A DNA stretch of 64,000 nucleotides from Candidatus Magasanikbacteria bacterium RIFCSPHIGHO2_01_FULL_41_23 (GCA_001782805.1 MFPT01000002.1:133401-197400), one strand, 5' to 3'; shown: positions 49,316-59,935, counted from the first letter of the stretch. Numbers and translations: made by a program. The notes: generated by a model not told the origin, from the letters alone.

Positions 49316-50533
49316 CTAGCTTTTTTTGTAATGATGTTTAAAATACCAAACACCAACAGCCAATATAATGATAAATACAATAATGAAAATATAGGAAACA
49401 AATCCAACTGCGGAACTAACTATGATCGTCTCCAATTTATGGGCAGTTTTTTTTATGCCATATTCAAAATAAGCGTCAAAAGTATATTCTCCTTTACTAT
49501 CGGGTCGAAATGTCAGAGTATATTCAACATTTTGCCCTTTGCCCACCGTCTTTTTTTCCGCACGCATTAAATCAATTATTTTGCCATCTTTGGTAATTTC
49601 CACATACCAAATTGGATCTAATACCACTCCGCCCGTATTGGTAAACAAACCGGTTAATTTGACCAAATCACCTGATTCGAAGGTGTTTCCATTAATTTTA
49701 AAGCTGTCAAAACTACCGGCCTGCGCCAAAGTACCGGTAGGCCAGACTTTAATAATACGATCAGTCTTTAAGGTTGAGATAACTTTGTCATCCAGATAAA
49801 ATGAAAATGAAGCACTATATTCTCCAAGTGGAAGATTTTTTGTTAAACCAGCATTGATTCGACTAAGTTCTCCTGGCAATACATATTCAAGGGAACTGCC
49901 CGAAATGGTTTCGGAAATTATATTGGCGGGATCAGTTATATCAACGAAAACAGCATCGATACGTTCTGGTTTAACATCTACATTCCCGGTATTAAGTAAA
50001 GAAAATCCAAAAATAACCGGCTTATCAATTTCGGTATCATCGGCTGAAACATTACTAATAAACATTGTTTTTATTTGTTGGTCAGTGACGGTAAATACGA
50101 CATGAGCGATCACACCAGATGTGATTGATACAGAATTTCCACTACTATTAATAACTTTATTTGGATTGGGCTGACTCATAAATTCCAACTCTGCCGTATG
50201 TTTACCATTTTGCGCATTCATTGGTTTAATATGAATGTCAATATTGGCGCGATTTTGACCAGCCGGAATAACAATGGGACTCTTGGGAAGACTAATATAG
50301 GAAGCGGCCTCACCTCTTGCTTTTATAGAGAAAAAGACATCTTCTTCGCTTGCCGTGTTGGTTAGAATTAGTGTCCGCGAGATATCAACTCCATTTGCCA
50401 GATTTTCTGCCTCAAGAGTGCCTGGAGAAATTCCAATTGCCTGAGTCATACTCGGCGCAAAAATTCCGGTCAATAAAAAACCAAAAAAAATACTGCTTAT
50501 TCCTACTCGACTTAAGAAAAAACGATCGGGCAT
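49316..50533 (-). CDS. Secreted multi-Ig-like protein with C-terminal TM anchor (GISP paralog 1)
   Basis: Signal peptide AIGISP, NTGNV, GEY, NTGG; C-terminal TM plus basic tail. Confidence 0.75.
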   Translation of the reverse strand: MPDRFFLSRVGISSIFFGFLLTGIFAPSMTQAIGISPGTLEAENLANGVDISRTLILTNTASEEDVFFSIKARGEAASYISLPKSPIVIPAGQNRANIDIHIKPMNAQNGKHTAELEFMSQPNPNKVINSSGNSVSITSGVIAHVVFTVTDQQIKTMFISNVSADDTEIDKPVIFGFSLLNTGNVDVKPERIDAVFVDITDPANIISETISGSSLEYVLPGELSRINAGLTKNLPLGEYSASFSFYLDDKVISTLKTDRIIKVWPTGTLAQAGSFDSFKINGNTFESGDLVKLTGLFTNTGGVVLDPIWYVEITKDGKIIDLMRAEKKTVGKGQNVEYTLTFRPDSKGEYTFDAYFEYGIKKTAHKLETIIVSSAVGFVSYIFIIVFIIILAVGVWYFKHHYKKS

Positions 50534-50553
50534 AAAAAAATAATTAAGTACTT

Positions 50554-51447
50554 TTAATAAGTACTTTTAAATTTTTTCCGAAAAACAAAGCCAATGCCAA
50601 TACACAGAATTACGAAAATTACTCCTAAACCGATGATTTTCCCGGAAAAAGTAGATTGTGGTGTCGTAGAAAGTGGGGATACCGGTCGACCAATTGTTTT
50701 CATAATAGTTGCCGTACCCACGACCACTCCTTTTGATTGAATGTTAATTTTGAAACTATAATTACCCGGAGACAAAAATTTTGTGATTGGTACTGTAAAA
50801 AGCCGGTTAGTCATGGGTGCAAGTAAGCCAGAGACAATGGGAATAGTTTCATTAAAAACCATTGATCCATCCAGTATCCCTTCAAGAGTCAGATCGTCAA
50901 TGGTTACTGGCACGTTACCACTGTTTACTCCTACAAAAGATACGTCTAATTTTTCTGGAGATTCGTTCAAAGAATTAATACTAATATTTCTCACTCCAAA
51001 ATCAGAAATTTCCTTGTCAGTAACGGAAAAATTAATTTTTCCCGAAATATTTGAAAGAAATGAAAATTCATCGGTACTTTGTTTTCCTGTGGGACTTACA
51101 AGAATTTCCACTGTGTAGTTTTTAGGTTTTGCCTGACGTGGCTCCACAGAAAAATCCAAGGGTACTTTTTTAACTCCGGGAGAAAATTTCAAAATATTAC
51201 TTTTAAAATGGATGAATTCTTTGCCTTCGTTTTGTAATTCAATTGAATAATATTGAGTTTCATCCGTGTCTGACCGAGTAATAAATATGGTTCGCTCTAC
51301 AGTACTGCCATTTCTTACCCCATTAATCTCCGTGTATGATGGACTAATGCCTAATGCTTCCACACAAACTGTCCAGCCAAAACTAGCAACTACTGTAATA
51401 AAAATAAGCAAACTTTTGTTTGTCCGCGCAGCACACTGAATCATCAT
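50554..51447 (-). CDS. Secreted Ig-like protein with C-terminal TM anchor (GISP paralog 2)
   Basis: ALGISP, ITRSD, NSGNV, PGNY; TM plus RKKFK tail. Confidence 0.75.
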   Translation of the reverse strand: MMIQCAARTNKSLLIFITVVASFGWTVCVEALGISPSYTEINGVRNGSTVERTIFITRSDTDETQYYSIELQNEGKEFIHFKSNILKFSPGVKKVPLDFSVEPRQAKPKNYTVEILVSPTGKQSTDEFSFLSNISGKINFSVTDKEISDFGVRNISINSLNESPEKLDVSFVGVNSGNVPVTIDDLTLEGILDGSMVFNETIPIVSGLLAPMTNRLFTVPITKFLSPGNYSFKINIQSKGVVVGTATIMKTIGRPVSPLSTTPQSTFSGKIIGLGVIFVILCIGIGFVFRKKFKSTY

Positions 51448-51549
51448 ATATTTTTTTTAAATAAGAGTCACTTGTATAAGTACAGCCAGTATACTATACT
51501 TGGTCTGATTTTTATATATTATTTATTTTTTAATGTGGATAACATTAGT

Positions 51550-52524
51550 ATGACCAAAATAACCCGACTCCGAAATGTGGCAATAATCATTTTTGTTTTT
51601 TTATTAAGTGCATTATTGTATCTCCACTTTTACTATTTTGCGCTTCCAACCATTCCTCTCTCTGATCAAAAAGTAAATCCTAATCTTGGTCTCATAGCCG
51701 TACGCTCGCTTAATGCCGAAAAACCCAATCTAAGCATCTATCGCTTACACGATGCCAAATCAGAAATATTTGCCGGAAATTGGCAAATGCAATACATGAC
51801 AAACGAACAAATTGCAGTGTATGGCAGTACAGCAGACCATCCCGAACAACAAAAATTTATTCTTCTGGGAACAGCGAGGGGCAGTATCAAAGATATTTCA
51901 AAACTTCCCGGACAAATAACCGCAGTTGCGGCCAATAAAGAAAACAGCTATCTTCTGTTGATGGGTTTTAAAAATGATCCCAAAAATCTAAAAACAACCA
52001 CTACGCCAAAGACATACGTTTGTGTTACGCCCAAAAATATTCTAGCATACGATAATTGTTTGTCGGTTACGGACACTATTATACCGACCAAAATTCATGA
52101 CACTTCTACTCCTTACCAAGCATACTGGAATGATGCCAAAGATACTGAATTGATAATTACCGAAGTGGCGGGAAAACAACGTTCCTGGACATATGACGCG
52201 GTTACGAAAAAGCTGGATATGATTGATAGCAAAAATCCCGCTAATATTCCGGAACCAACTTTTGTCAGCGCGGGAATGAATATGCTCTATAGTGTACAAC
52301 GCTGGAGTTCGCTGGCCATGATAACTGAACTGAAAACCAATAAAAAATTCTTTTTCCGGATTCCTTCAACTTCAACAATAATACCTTTAGCTGAGGGTTA
52401 CGCGTTGGTTGCAAATCAAGAGAAAACCTATATCCTAAACCTTGCCACACGAACCACGAGTGAATTTGTTCCTTTGTCAACTTCAACCCCAAGCCAAATC
52501 ATTACTTATTATTCTTACTATTAG
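51550..52524 (+). CDS. Hypothetical membrane-anchored beta-rich protein
   Basis: N-terminal TM, propeller-like beta repeats; start reassigned to the ATG at 51550. Confidence 0.65.
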   Translation: MTKITRLRNVAIIIFVFLLSALLYLHFYYFALPTIPLSDQKVNPNLGLIAVRSLNAEKPNLSIYRLHDAKSEIFAGNWQMQYMTNEQIAVYGSTADHPEQQKFILLGTARGSIKDISKLPGQITAVAANKENSYLLLMGFKNDPKNLKTTTTPKTYVCVTPKNILAYDNCLSVTDTIIPTKIHDTSTPYQAYWNDAKDTELIITEVAGKQRSWTYDAVTKKLDMIDSKNPANIPEPTFVSAGMNMLYSVQRWSSLAMITELKTNKKFFFRIPSTSTIIPLAEGYALVANQEKTYILNLATRTTSEFVPLSTSTPSQIITYYSYY

Positions 52525-53071
52525 TCAGAATTTTTCCCACAATGTTGGAACGACTGATTGAACCATATACGCGCGAATCTGTGCTGTGCGCTCGATTATC
52601 GCCAACGACAAAATAATTCCCGGGATTAACAATATATTCTTCCGGCGCTCTTTGAAATTTATGTGCCAGTGTATACACATCTTGTTTCAAATATGGTTCA
52701 TTCAATTCAAATGTTACATCGGTTTTACTTTTAACATAAATTTTTCCCCGTTTGACAATCACCACTTCTCCGGGTAAACCAATAATTCGTTTCACCATCA
52801 ATTTCTGATTTTGCGGATCAATGACTTGTACCACATCATAGCGCTCGGGCAGGGAAAACAAATACACCAACTTATTCACCAAAAAAAAATCCTCGTCAAT
52901 AAAAGCCGGCTCCATAGAAGGTCCATTTATTCGCCCCGGACTGATGAAAAAAAACCGGACAACAGCAAACGCATAAAAAAATATCATTGCCAAAAAAAGC
53001 ACAAAACCAATATATCGTTCAAAGAAATGTATTTTGGTAAGCCAGTCTTTCATAGACGATTCAGTGATCAT
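52502..53071 (-). CDS. lepB: Signal peptidase I
   Basis: GPSMEP (Ser), VKRIIGLPGE (Lys), GDNRAHSTDSR. Confidence 0.95.
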   Translation of the reverse strand: MITESSMKDWLTKIHFFERYIGFVLFLAMIFFYAFAVVRFFFISPGRINGPSMEPAFIDEDFFLVNKLVYLFSLPERYDVVQVIDPQNQKLMVKRIIGLPGEVVIVKRGKIYVKSKTDVTFELNEPYLKQDVYTLAHKFQRAPEEYIVNPGNYFVVGDNRAHSTDSRVYGSISRSNIVGKILTNSKNNK

Positions 53072-53105
53072 ATAGTATACTGAACTTATCTATTTATTTT
53101 TACTT

Positions 53106-53462
53106 ATGACAACTAATAATTTTTTGCTCGGTATTATCGCCATTGGCAAAGATGTTGGTCTATTTTTTTTAAGTGTGGCGGAAAATAATCAATTGATAGG
53201 ATTTTTTATTGGTTTTGTTATTGCCGTGCTTATTACTGGTTTTATTCTGACCAAAAATCCGCGACATATTCCTCTTATCCTGAGATATTCCACCACAGAA
53301 AGTTTTGCCCGCATTGCCAATCAGGGAAAGCACAGCAAAGTCTATTATACTGAATTTTCTCATTTCTTGAAAGTATATACTCAGGTTCGAATTGTTTTTT
53401 ATGTTTCTTTTATTGTGCTGTGCATTATGATTGCCACCACAGTTCTGGTATATAGGCCATAA
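53106..53462 (+). CDS. Hypothetical membrane protein
   Basis: 118-aa ORF with two hydrophobic segments. Confidence 0.6.
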   Translation: MTTNNFLLGIIAIGKDVGLFFLSVAENNQLIGFFIGFVIAVLITGFILTKNPRHIPLILRYSTTESFARIANQGKHSKVYYTEFSHFLKVYTQVRIVFYVSFIVLCIMIATTVLVYRP

Positions 53463-54297
53463 ATTGATAAAAAGTCTTTGAGAATAATGCCAACAACCAT
53501 TCAAAAAACATTCGTATAAAAGATTTGTTGGTAATCTTAGCCACAACGCCCGAACTATCGGGCGATGGCAAACTAGGCACTAAAATATAGGCGGCCGGAC
53601 TTTCCAAACGCAATTTTCGAGAAATCGGATCAAGCGAACGAGATTTTAATTCCTCACTGTCCAAAGTATCAATATAATATCCGCCATCTGTTTCATAATA
53701 TGTTTGGAATCCTCCGGCCAGACTTGTCCAATTACCGGCTTGGCTGTAGACGATAATATAAAAATAATAAATTTCTCCAGGCTCAATTTCATCCAGAGAA
53801 ATTTTGTGATTATTTTGCAATACCGTATCCTTGATTTGGCGCGATTCGTCCAAACGTGTTCGACCATATTCAACGAGCGCGGACGTGGGCATATCGGTGG
53901 CAAATATCATGTAAACCATTCGAGGATTATGCGCATCATAAATAATCTTTACGGGTAAAAGAGAAACAGCCAGTCTGGCCGCTTTTTTTTTCACTGTGGT
54001 TGTGGCCGTTGCTGTTGAAGTGACTTTAAAAGGCTCATCCAAATCCGGATCTAAAACCGCCGGCTCAAAAACAAATTCAGGAGCTTTAAATTCAGGAAAA
54101 ATAATCTGGGGACCATGCGGCGCCCATCCTCCGGATGACACTGGAGAAGTTGGGCTTGGTGAATCACTGGGACTGTCGGCTGCCGGAATGATTGTGACGG
54201 TTACTTGTGTTGAATCGGCCAAAACTGCCCATGGATAAAAAACAGTAATAAAAAACAAAGAAAAAATAATGAGCCTTAAAATTTTATGATAAAACAT
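53425..54297 (-). CDS. Secreted protein with an Fn3-like domain
   Basis: Signal peptide VLA-DS, Pro/Ser linker, TDMPTSALVEYG..HKISL..EPGEIYYFYI. Confidence 0.7.
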   Translation of the reverse strand: MFYHKILRLIIFSLFFITVFYPWAVLADSTQVTVTIIPAADSPSDSPSPTSPVSSGGWAPHGPQIIFPEFKAPEFVFEPAVLDPDLDEPFKVTSTATATTTVKKKAARLAVSLLPVKIIYDAHNPRMVYMIFATDMPTSALVEYGRTRLDESRQIKDTVLQNNHKISLDEIEPGEIYYFYIIVYSQAGNWTSLAGGFQTYYETDGGYYIDTLDSEELKSRSLDPISRKLRLESPAAYILVPSLPSPDSSGVVAKITNKSFIRMFFEWLLALFSKTFYQFMAYIPELWWQS

Positions 54298-54304
54298 AAA
54301 ATAA

Positions 54305-55240
54305 TCATTTGAATTTTCGTCGTTTTAACCAAATAAATATACCAACAAATATCACCATTATTGCGGCCAGAATTATGACATTGCTTTTAATAATTTCTGC
54401 GATTAAGCGTAGATAATGTCCGCGAATACTGCCAGGTTTTACGGAAAAATTTATGCGCCGCTCACCGCCTTCAGTCAAACGATAGCCTTCAAAAACTTTG
54501 ATATAGGCTGTGTATTCACCAACATTTAAATTATGCGGCACAGTAAGTATAATTTCTTTAGTGGTAAACGGTGAAACTGTTTCAACTTTTTTGATTTCCA
54601 CTCGTTCTACGAAATTTTTTTCATTCTGATCATAAACATCCACTTGGACTTTGGTTGGCCCTGTCCGCGTATTGCCGGTATTTTGAACAGTTAAAATAAG
54701 CTCGGCAGTTCCCGGAATTTTCCAACGCATCCACGGCACCGACGCATAAGCAGAAAACATCTTAACAGCCGGTAAAATAAAATCAGTAACCGCAGTTTTA
54801 ATTACTACTAATTCCACCGGAACCGAAGTTCCCAAGACTGTTTGCGTACTGTAACGACTGTCTTTTTCCGTCACTATTTCCGTAATTGTTATACTTCCGT
54901 GATACGTGCCAAGACTGGCATTCACCGGCGCTTGTATCCGGAATGGAATCAAAAGCTGATGCTCATTTTTTTCCCAAACAATCTCTCTGCCTTTATCCGA
55001 AATAATCCATGAGCCAGAGGAAAAATCAATGCCAAGATGAACAATTGATGTTTTTTGCGCATCGCTCCGACTAAGCGTTAGTACGGAGACAGCGGATGAT
55101 CCCAGCAATAAACGCTCATTAATTATTTTAGCCGGAGAAATACCTAAACCAGCGCTCACCTGATGCGGATTAAAAATAATCATTAAGGCAATAAAGAGTA
55201 CACTATAAAATTTTAAGACACGCATATATTTTATGGCCAA
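54305..55240 (-). CDS. Secreted Ig-like protein with C-terminal TM anchor (GISP paralog 3)
   Basis: AGLGISP, LSRSD, GTYHGSI, NTGN, GEY; TM plus KRRKFK tail. Confidence 0.75.
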   Translation of the reverse strand: MAIKYMRVLKFYSVLFIALMIIFNPHQVSAGLGISPAKIINERLLLGSSAVSVLTLSRSDAQKTSIVHLGIDFSSGSWIISDKGREIVWEKNEHQLLIPFRIQAPVNASLGTYHGSITITEIVTEKDSRYSTQTVLGTSVPVELVVIKTAVTDFILPAVKMFSAYASVPWMRWKIPGTAELILTVQNTGNTRTGPTKVQVDVYDQNEKNFVERVEIKKVETVSPFTTKEIILTVPHNLNVGEYTAYIKVFEGYRLTEGGERRINFSVKPGSIRGHYLRLIAEIIKSNVIILAAIMVIFVGIFIWLKRRKFK

Positions 55241-58200
55241 GGTAATTGATTAATACGACCCAAAAAAGAAATGACTCCACTGTAAACACCCGCCTGAACA
55301 CCAAGCGGCGCTTGCCAACCCCAAAAGATATTTTTAGTCTGCAAAGTACTTGAACTGGTTGTTTTGGGAATATTAATATCAATCGTGGTACTGACCGCTG
55401 TCAAAGACGTACTGGAAGCATAAAACGTATTGGAACTCGTGGCATAACGCTGAGAAGAAACAGGAACAATCGATCCGGTAGTTTGGCTCGTCATATCAGC
55501 TCCATAAATATCAATATCAACGGACGTATTGCCGGTCGAAGTAACTGTGGTGGTAACAGTTAACGGCATATTTTCGCCCGGACTAAATTGGCCATAATTT
55601 TTGGATGATGTCGTAACATCAATTCCCACGAGTGATACCACTTCAGGCGAGCCCGCAGTACTAAAAGCCGATCCTGTTTGCGGAGCCGCATCAGTCGCTG
55701 TAATATATGCCCGCCAATATTCGCTGGACCATGGAGTAGTATCACTCCCATCAGTGGGATCAGCGTGAAACTGCAGAGCAAAAGTACAGTTTGCCGTACA
55801 ACTATTGCCACTGCAGCCGGTCAATTGGCATGAAGTAGAATAACAATTATTATCATCAGTCGTACAATTGTTGGTATTGGTAACACCGGAACGATAGATA
55901 ACTGCGGTCGCGGAAATAATATCACTATAGCCATTAATGTCAGTAATAGTCGCACTCGCCGTAACTGTAGTTGTCGTATTTTCAGTTAAGGTAATGTCTG
56001 ATCCGTTATTTAAAGTAACACTCGTTACCACTGGCGCCGGATTGGTATAGGTTACACTGCCATAGGCCTCATATAAGGTTGAACTCACGGCTGTGCCTTC
56101 AACTGTTTGCACATTTTTAAAACGTATGCGCAGTCCATCAAGTTGCGTTTGAGTCAAAGTAAGGCCACTAAACGTAGCGCTGGACCAGCCTGCGACTGTG
56201 CGATTGGAAACTTGCTGGGAACTGCCATACTGACTTGATTCGGTATCATTCCACAAAGATAATTCCCATTGCATATTGGTGTTGCCATTATCATAATAAA
56301 CCCAAACCGCGACATCGGTACTGGTTGGCGCTCCGCTTAATGTAGTCATCGCAAACGTATCGGCTTGAGTATTGGCACAAATTATAAAATCACCCGTATC
56401 CGGAGTCGTCGGTTGGCGAACAGTCTCATCAACAGTGGCATAATGGCTTCCGGCTGGTGTGGGAGTACAACTAAGCGCAGTTCCATCGCCATTGGGATCA
56501 ATAATCCCAATGGAATCAGAGGCAATTTGCCACTGACTTATTTCTTGAAACGTTGAGCTGGCAGTTTTTTCCCCATTGGCAAAAAAACTGGCCGGTCCAA
56601 GCATAAATAAATACGGACTAATATCGGGCGCGTCAAAATCGTACGTAAGTTCATAGACATCGCCGGCTTGCCAAACAATTGGCCAGTTAAGGACTTGAAC
56701 ATCCCCTTCTTCCCGAATAATCGGTGGAATTATTTTTTGTTTTTTAATTAAATCAATTGATGATGTCGCACTGGAAGAAATTAATTTTAATTCCACAGTG
56801 GACAAATCAAAGCTGGCCGGAATTCGCTCCTCCAACGTGCCTATTACGGGATTATGAACTTTAAAATTGAGACGAACCGGATAACCGGCCGGAGGAAAAA
56901 TACGCGTTGGACCGATTCGTTCTATTTCCACTGGCATTTCCGCACGAACTTCAAATATATTTTTAATTTCATAGCCATTATCCAGATTTTTTAACGTCAT
57001 CGTATATGTGCCAATTTCTTGAGGCGTAAAATAACTGTAATAATCAGGCACATCAACCACATTGTTTGGTCCGCACAGTCCTGATCTCTGAATAGCGGGC
57101 ATTGCCTCGCCACCATTGGGCAAAGCAACGCGTAATAATAATTGAGCGTCACAAATTGTATGTCCATCGTCACGCAGAGCCGCCATTTGCATATACACCG
57201 GTTTACCCGGCATTATAATTGAACTATTCGTATTGATTGCCAGTACTCCCCAGGTAAAATCCTCTTCATGGGCGTACACGCCATCCGGAGAATACACATC
57301 AACTTTGAGCGTATATTTTCCCGGCTTTAGACTGTGGAAATTATTTTCCATGGCAACCACGAACGCATTGGCTGAATTAAATTTCACTTCCGGTTCCAAA
57401 GCCGGCTCACGTTTTCCCTCATCATCAAGCACGGCTGTTTCTACCGTTATGGCACTGGCAATTGTTCCCATAGTTGGAGCAGGTTTATCGGAAAAAAGAT
57501 TAACTATTGCATCAACCACAGTACTCACAATAGTTGGCGGAGGTGGTTCTGGTTTGGTATATTCAAAATTAAATTGCGGATTTTCTTCAGAAACAAAATC
57601 GGTTTTTTCCGAAACCAATTTAACCGGCGATGTTTCATCGGACAGACCAATCGTATCCGGATCAAGTTCCAGCCAAACCGCGTCCACAAATAAATTTTTT
57701 AACGGATCGAGTGTTTCACCTTGACGAATCAACCGAACGCCAAGCCGTTGAATTTCTGAAACATCAGTAATAGCTGGCAGCGAAAAAAAGAAATATCCCT
57801 GATTAATGGCATTGGAATTTTCCAAATGCAAATCAATTAAGCCAACTTCTTCCCAATTCCCTCCCAACGTATACTGGACAATTAATTTTTGACTCACGCC
57901 GGCATGATTGGCAAACGATAAACCCAATTTGGCACCAACAATTCTACGAATTTTTTTTTGCAGACTAAGATCAGATAAGGCAAATTGACCAAATTCCAAA
58001 AAAGAAATCTCAGGTGTTTTTTCTGACGATTCTAATGATGGTAAAATAACGGGAAGAACAATCGAATTCTGATTTGATTCACTTTTTGGAGTATTGACCG
58101 CTTCATTTGATTTAATTGGTTCAAGCAAAGGTTCTGTAGGCAAAACAATTGGTGGAACTACGGGAACTTCTGGTTTGATTGGATCTGGCGATTCAATTGG

Positions 58201-58995
58201 AGCGGGAATTGCGACTGGTTCAGGATCGGGAATCGGCTCTGGTTTTGGTGTTGGTGTTAGTATCGGTATCGCTATTGGTTCTGGCGCTGTGGCTGGTGCT
58301 GGTTCTGACTTTGGTTCAGGAGTTGGGACGATTATTGGTTCAACCGGAGGATTGGTTGGTGAAGCATTATTTTCCGTTGTTTCTGTTTGCGCCAAGACCG
58401 GCAAGGACCAAGGAAAAAAATAACGAAAAAGAGAAAAGCCAACTTGTTCGGATTGAGATGGAATAGGAGATGCTTCAATTGGAATTGGTGCTGGTGGAGT
58501 TGGCTGAGGTATATCTTCTGGAGGAGATGGAGGGGGAAGTGGAGTCTGATCTAGTGGAACAGATAGTGGAGCTACTGGCTGACTTGATTCAATCGGTGCC
58601 AATTGTTCGACCGGATTTGGAGTCGGAGTTATTGTTGGCTCAGTTGGATTTGCTTGAAAAGGAATTTCTGTTGGAGGAATCGGATCATTCGGAATTGACG
58701 GAGAAGGAATCGGCGATGTTTCAATAGTTGGCCTTTCTGTAACTGGAGTCCGCGCCAAAGCGGAATTATCCAAACTAAATTGAGTTAAATCCGCTGTCTG
58801 TGATAAATCTCGTCTAAGCGCTGACATAGGATTTTGCCAATTACTGGAAAATGAAGCTGGCTCGGCAATAATCGATTGTTTGGCATTAGCTAAGAGAGAA
58901 AATGATGTTTGGTTAAATAAAAAAAATGCCAATAAAAAAATAATCGTAAAAACAAATTCTCTTGTTCTTTGGCGTATCATAAAATACTTGAACAT
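55231..58995 (-). CDS. Large secreted protein: Pro-rich stalks, multiple beta domains, C-terminal subunit-like domain (candidate adhesin/minor subunit)
   Basis: 1254 aa; signal peptide; PEP/PIP repeats; last ~270 aa align by eye with 47756-48880. Confidence 0.8.
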   Translation of the reverse strand: MFKYFMIRQRTREFVFTIIFLLAFFLFNQTSFSLLANAKQSIIAEPASFSSNWQNPMSALRRDLSQTADLTQFSLDNSALARTPVTERPTIETSPIPSPSIPNDPIPPTEIPFQANPTEPTITPTPNPVEQLAPIESSQPVAPLSVPLDQTPLPPPSPPEDIPQPTPPAPIPIEASPIPSQSEQVGFSLFRYFFPWSLPVLAQTETTENNASPTNPPVEPIIVPTPEPKSEPAPATAPEPIAIPILTPTPKPEPIPDPEPVAIPAPIESPDPIKPEVPVVPPIVLPTEPLLEPIKSNEAVNTPKSESNQNSIVLPVILPSLESSEKTPEISFLEFGQFALSDLSLQKKIRRIVGAKLGLSFANHAGVSQKLIVQYTLGGNWEEVGLIDLHLENSNAINQGYFFFSLPAITDVSEIQRLGVRLIRQGETLDPLKNLFVDAVWLELDPDTIGLSDETSPVKLVSEKTDFVSEENPQFNFEYTKPEPPPPTIVSTVVDAIVNLFSDKPAPTMGTIASAITVETAVLDDEGKREPALEPEVKFNSANAFVVAMENNFHSLKPGKYTLKVDVYSPDGVYAHEEDFTWGVLAINTNSSIIMPGKPVYMQMAALRDDGHTICDAQLLLRVALPNGGEAMPAIQRSGLCGPNNVVDVPDYYSYFTPQEIGTYTMTLKNLDNGYEIKNIFEVRAEMPVEIERIGPTRIFPPAGYPVRLNFKVHNPVIGTLEERIPASFDLSTVELKLISSSATSSIDLIKKQKIIPPIIREEGDVQVLNWPIVWQAGDVYELTYDFDAPDISPYLFMLGPASFFANGEKTASSTFQEISQWQIASDSIGIIDPNGDGTALSCTPTPAGSHYATVDETVRQPTTPDTGDFIICANTQADTFAMTTLSGAPTSTDVAVWVYYDNGNTNMQWELSLWNDTESSQYGSSQQVSNRTVAGWSSATFSGLTLTQTQLDGLRIRFKNVQTVEGTAVSSTLYEAYGSVTYTNPAPVVTSVTLNNGSDITLTENTTTTVTASATITDINGYSDIISATAVIYRSGVTNTNNCTTDDNNCYSTSCQLTGCSGNSCTANCTFALQFHADPTDGSDTTPWSSEYWRAYITATDAAPQTGSAFSTAGSPEVVSLVGIDVTTSSKNYGQFSPGENMPLTVTTTVTSTGNTSVDIDIYGADMTSQTTGSIVPVSSQRYATSSNTFYASSTSLTAVSTTIDINIPKTTSSSTLQTKNIFWGWQAPLGVQAGVYSGVISFLGRINQLPWP

Positions 58996-59071
58996 TGTAG
59001 TCTAAGTATACAAGAAAAAATATATTTGGTAAATAAAATAGCGAATTAGTTAATCTGCAATATAACGGTAT

Positions 59072-59935
59072 CTACTTTTGACACCGATAACAATAATGCG
59101 TGCCGCGACCGGCGATTTTTATTTTGAGAATGGTGGCCGGACATTTTTTACATTTAAGTTTGCCACGGCCGTAAACTTGGAGAAATCGTAAAAATCCCCC
59201 GCTTTGTCCGGCAGTGTCCACAAAAGTATTGAACGTGGTGCCCCGATGTTTAATTCCTTTCGCAATAATTTTTTCACAAACAGAATGCAAGCGTTTAATT
59301 TCAGTGCCGGTCAAATTTTTCGCCGGACGCATCGGCCTGATTCCGGCCGCAAAACAAATCTCGTCCGCGTAGATATTACCAATGCCCGCGATTAAATTTT
59401 GATTAAGTAACAAAGCTTTAAGGGAAGTGGTTTTATTTTTTAGCACAGCGGAAAAATTTTCCAATGTAAAATTTTTTTGCAACGGTTCAATGCCATATTT
59501 TTCTTTAATTATTTTCAACTCTTCGGACGTAACCAATTGCAAATAACCGAACAAACGCAAATCATTGAAAAATAAAACCGCGTCATTTGGGAAATAAAAA
59601 ATAACGCGCGTATGACGATCGGGCAAATGAGCGAATTTTTGCGCGAACAACGAATGTCCGCCGGCAATAATTGTGTTGCGATCGCGATATATCAATTGGC
59701 CGGTCATTTTAAGATGAATCAGCAAAAAAATGTCTTTTTTATCCAACGTCGCAATGAGCAATTTACCGATTCTATCAATGGACAAGATTGATGCGTCGAT
59801 GAGCGTATTTTTAAATTTTTTTAAAGTTGGACGAACAATTCTCGGCGCCGATATTTCCACTGCAGTAATTTTTTGACCAATAATTTTGGCGTTTAAATCA
59901 CGACGAATTGTTTCCACTTCGGGTAATTCGGGCAT
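59072..59935 (-). CDS. mutM: Formamidopyrimidine-DNA glycosylase
   Basis: MPELPEVET, HLKMTG, GIGNIYADE, C-terminal zinc finger GRGTHYCYRCQ. Confidence 0.98.
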   Translation of the reverse strand: MPELPEVETIRRDLNAKIIGQKITAVEISAPRIVRPTLKKFKNTLIDASILSIDRIGKLLIATLDKKDIFLLIHLKMTGQLIYRDRNTIIAGGHSLFAQKFAHLPDRHTRVIFYFPNDAVLFFNDLRLFGYLQLVTSEELKIIKEKYGIEPLQKNFTLENFSAVLKNKTTSLKALLLNQNLIAGIGNIYADEICFAAGIRPMRPAKNLTGTEIKRLHSVCEKIIAKGIKHRGTTFNTFVDTAGQSGGFLRFLQVYGRGKLKCKKCPATILKIKIAGRGTHYCYRCQK

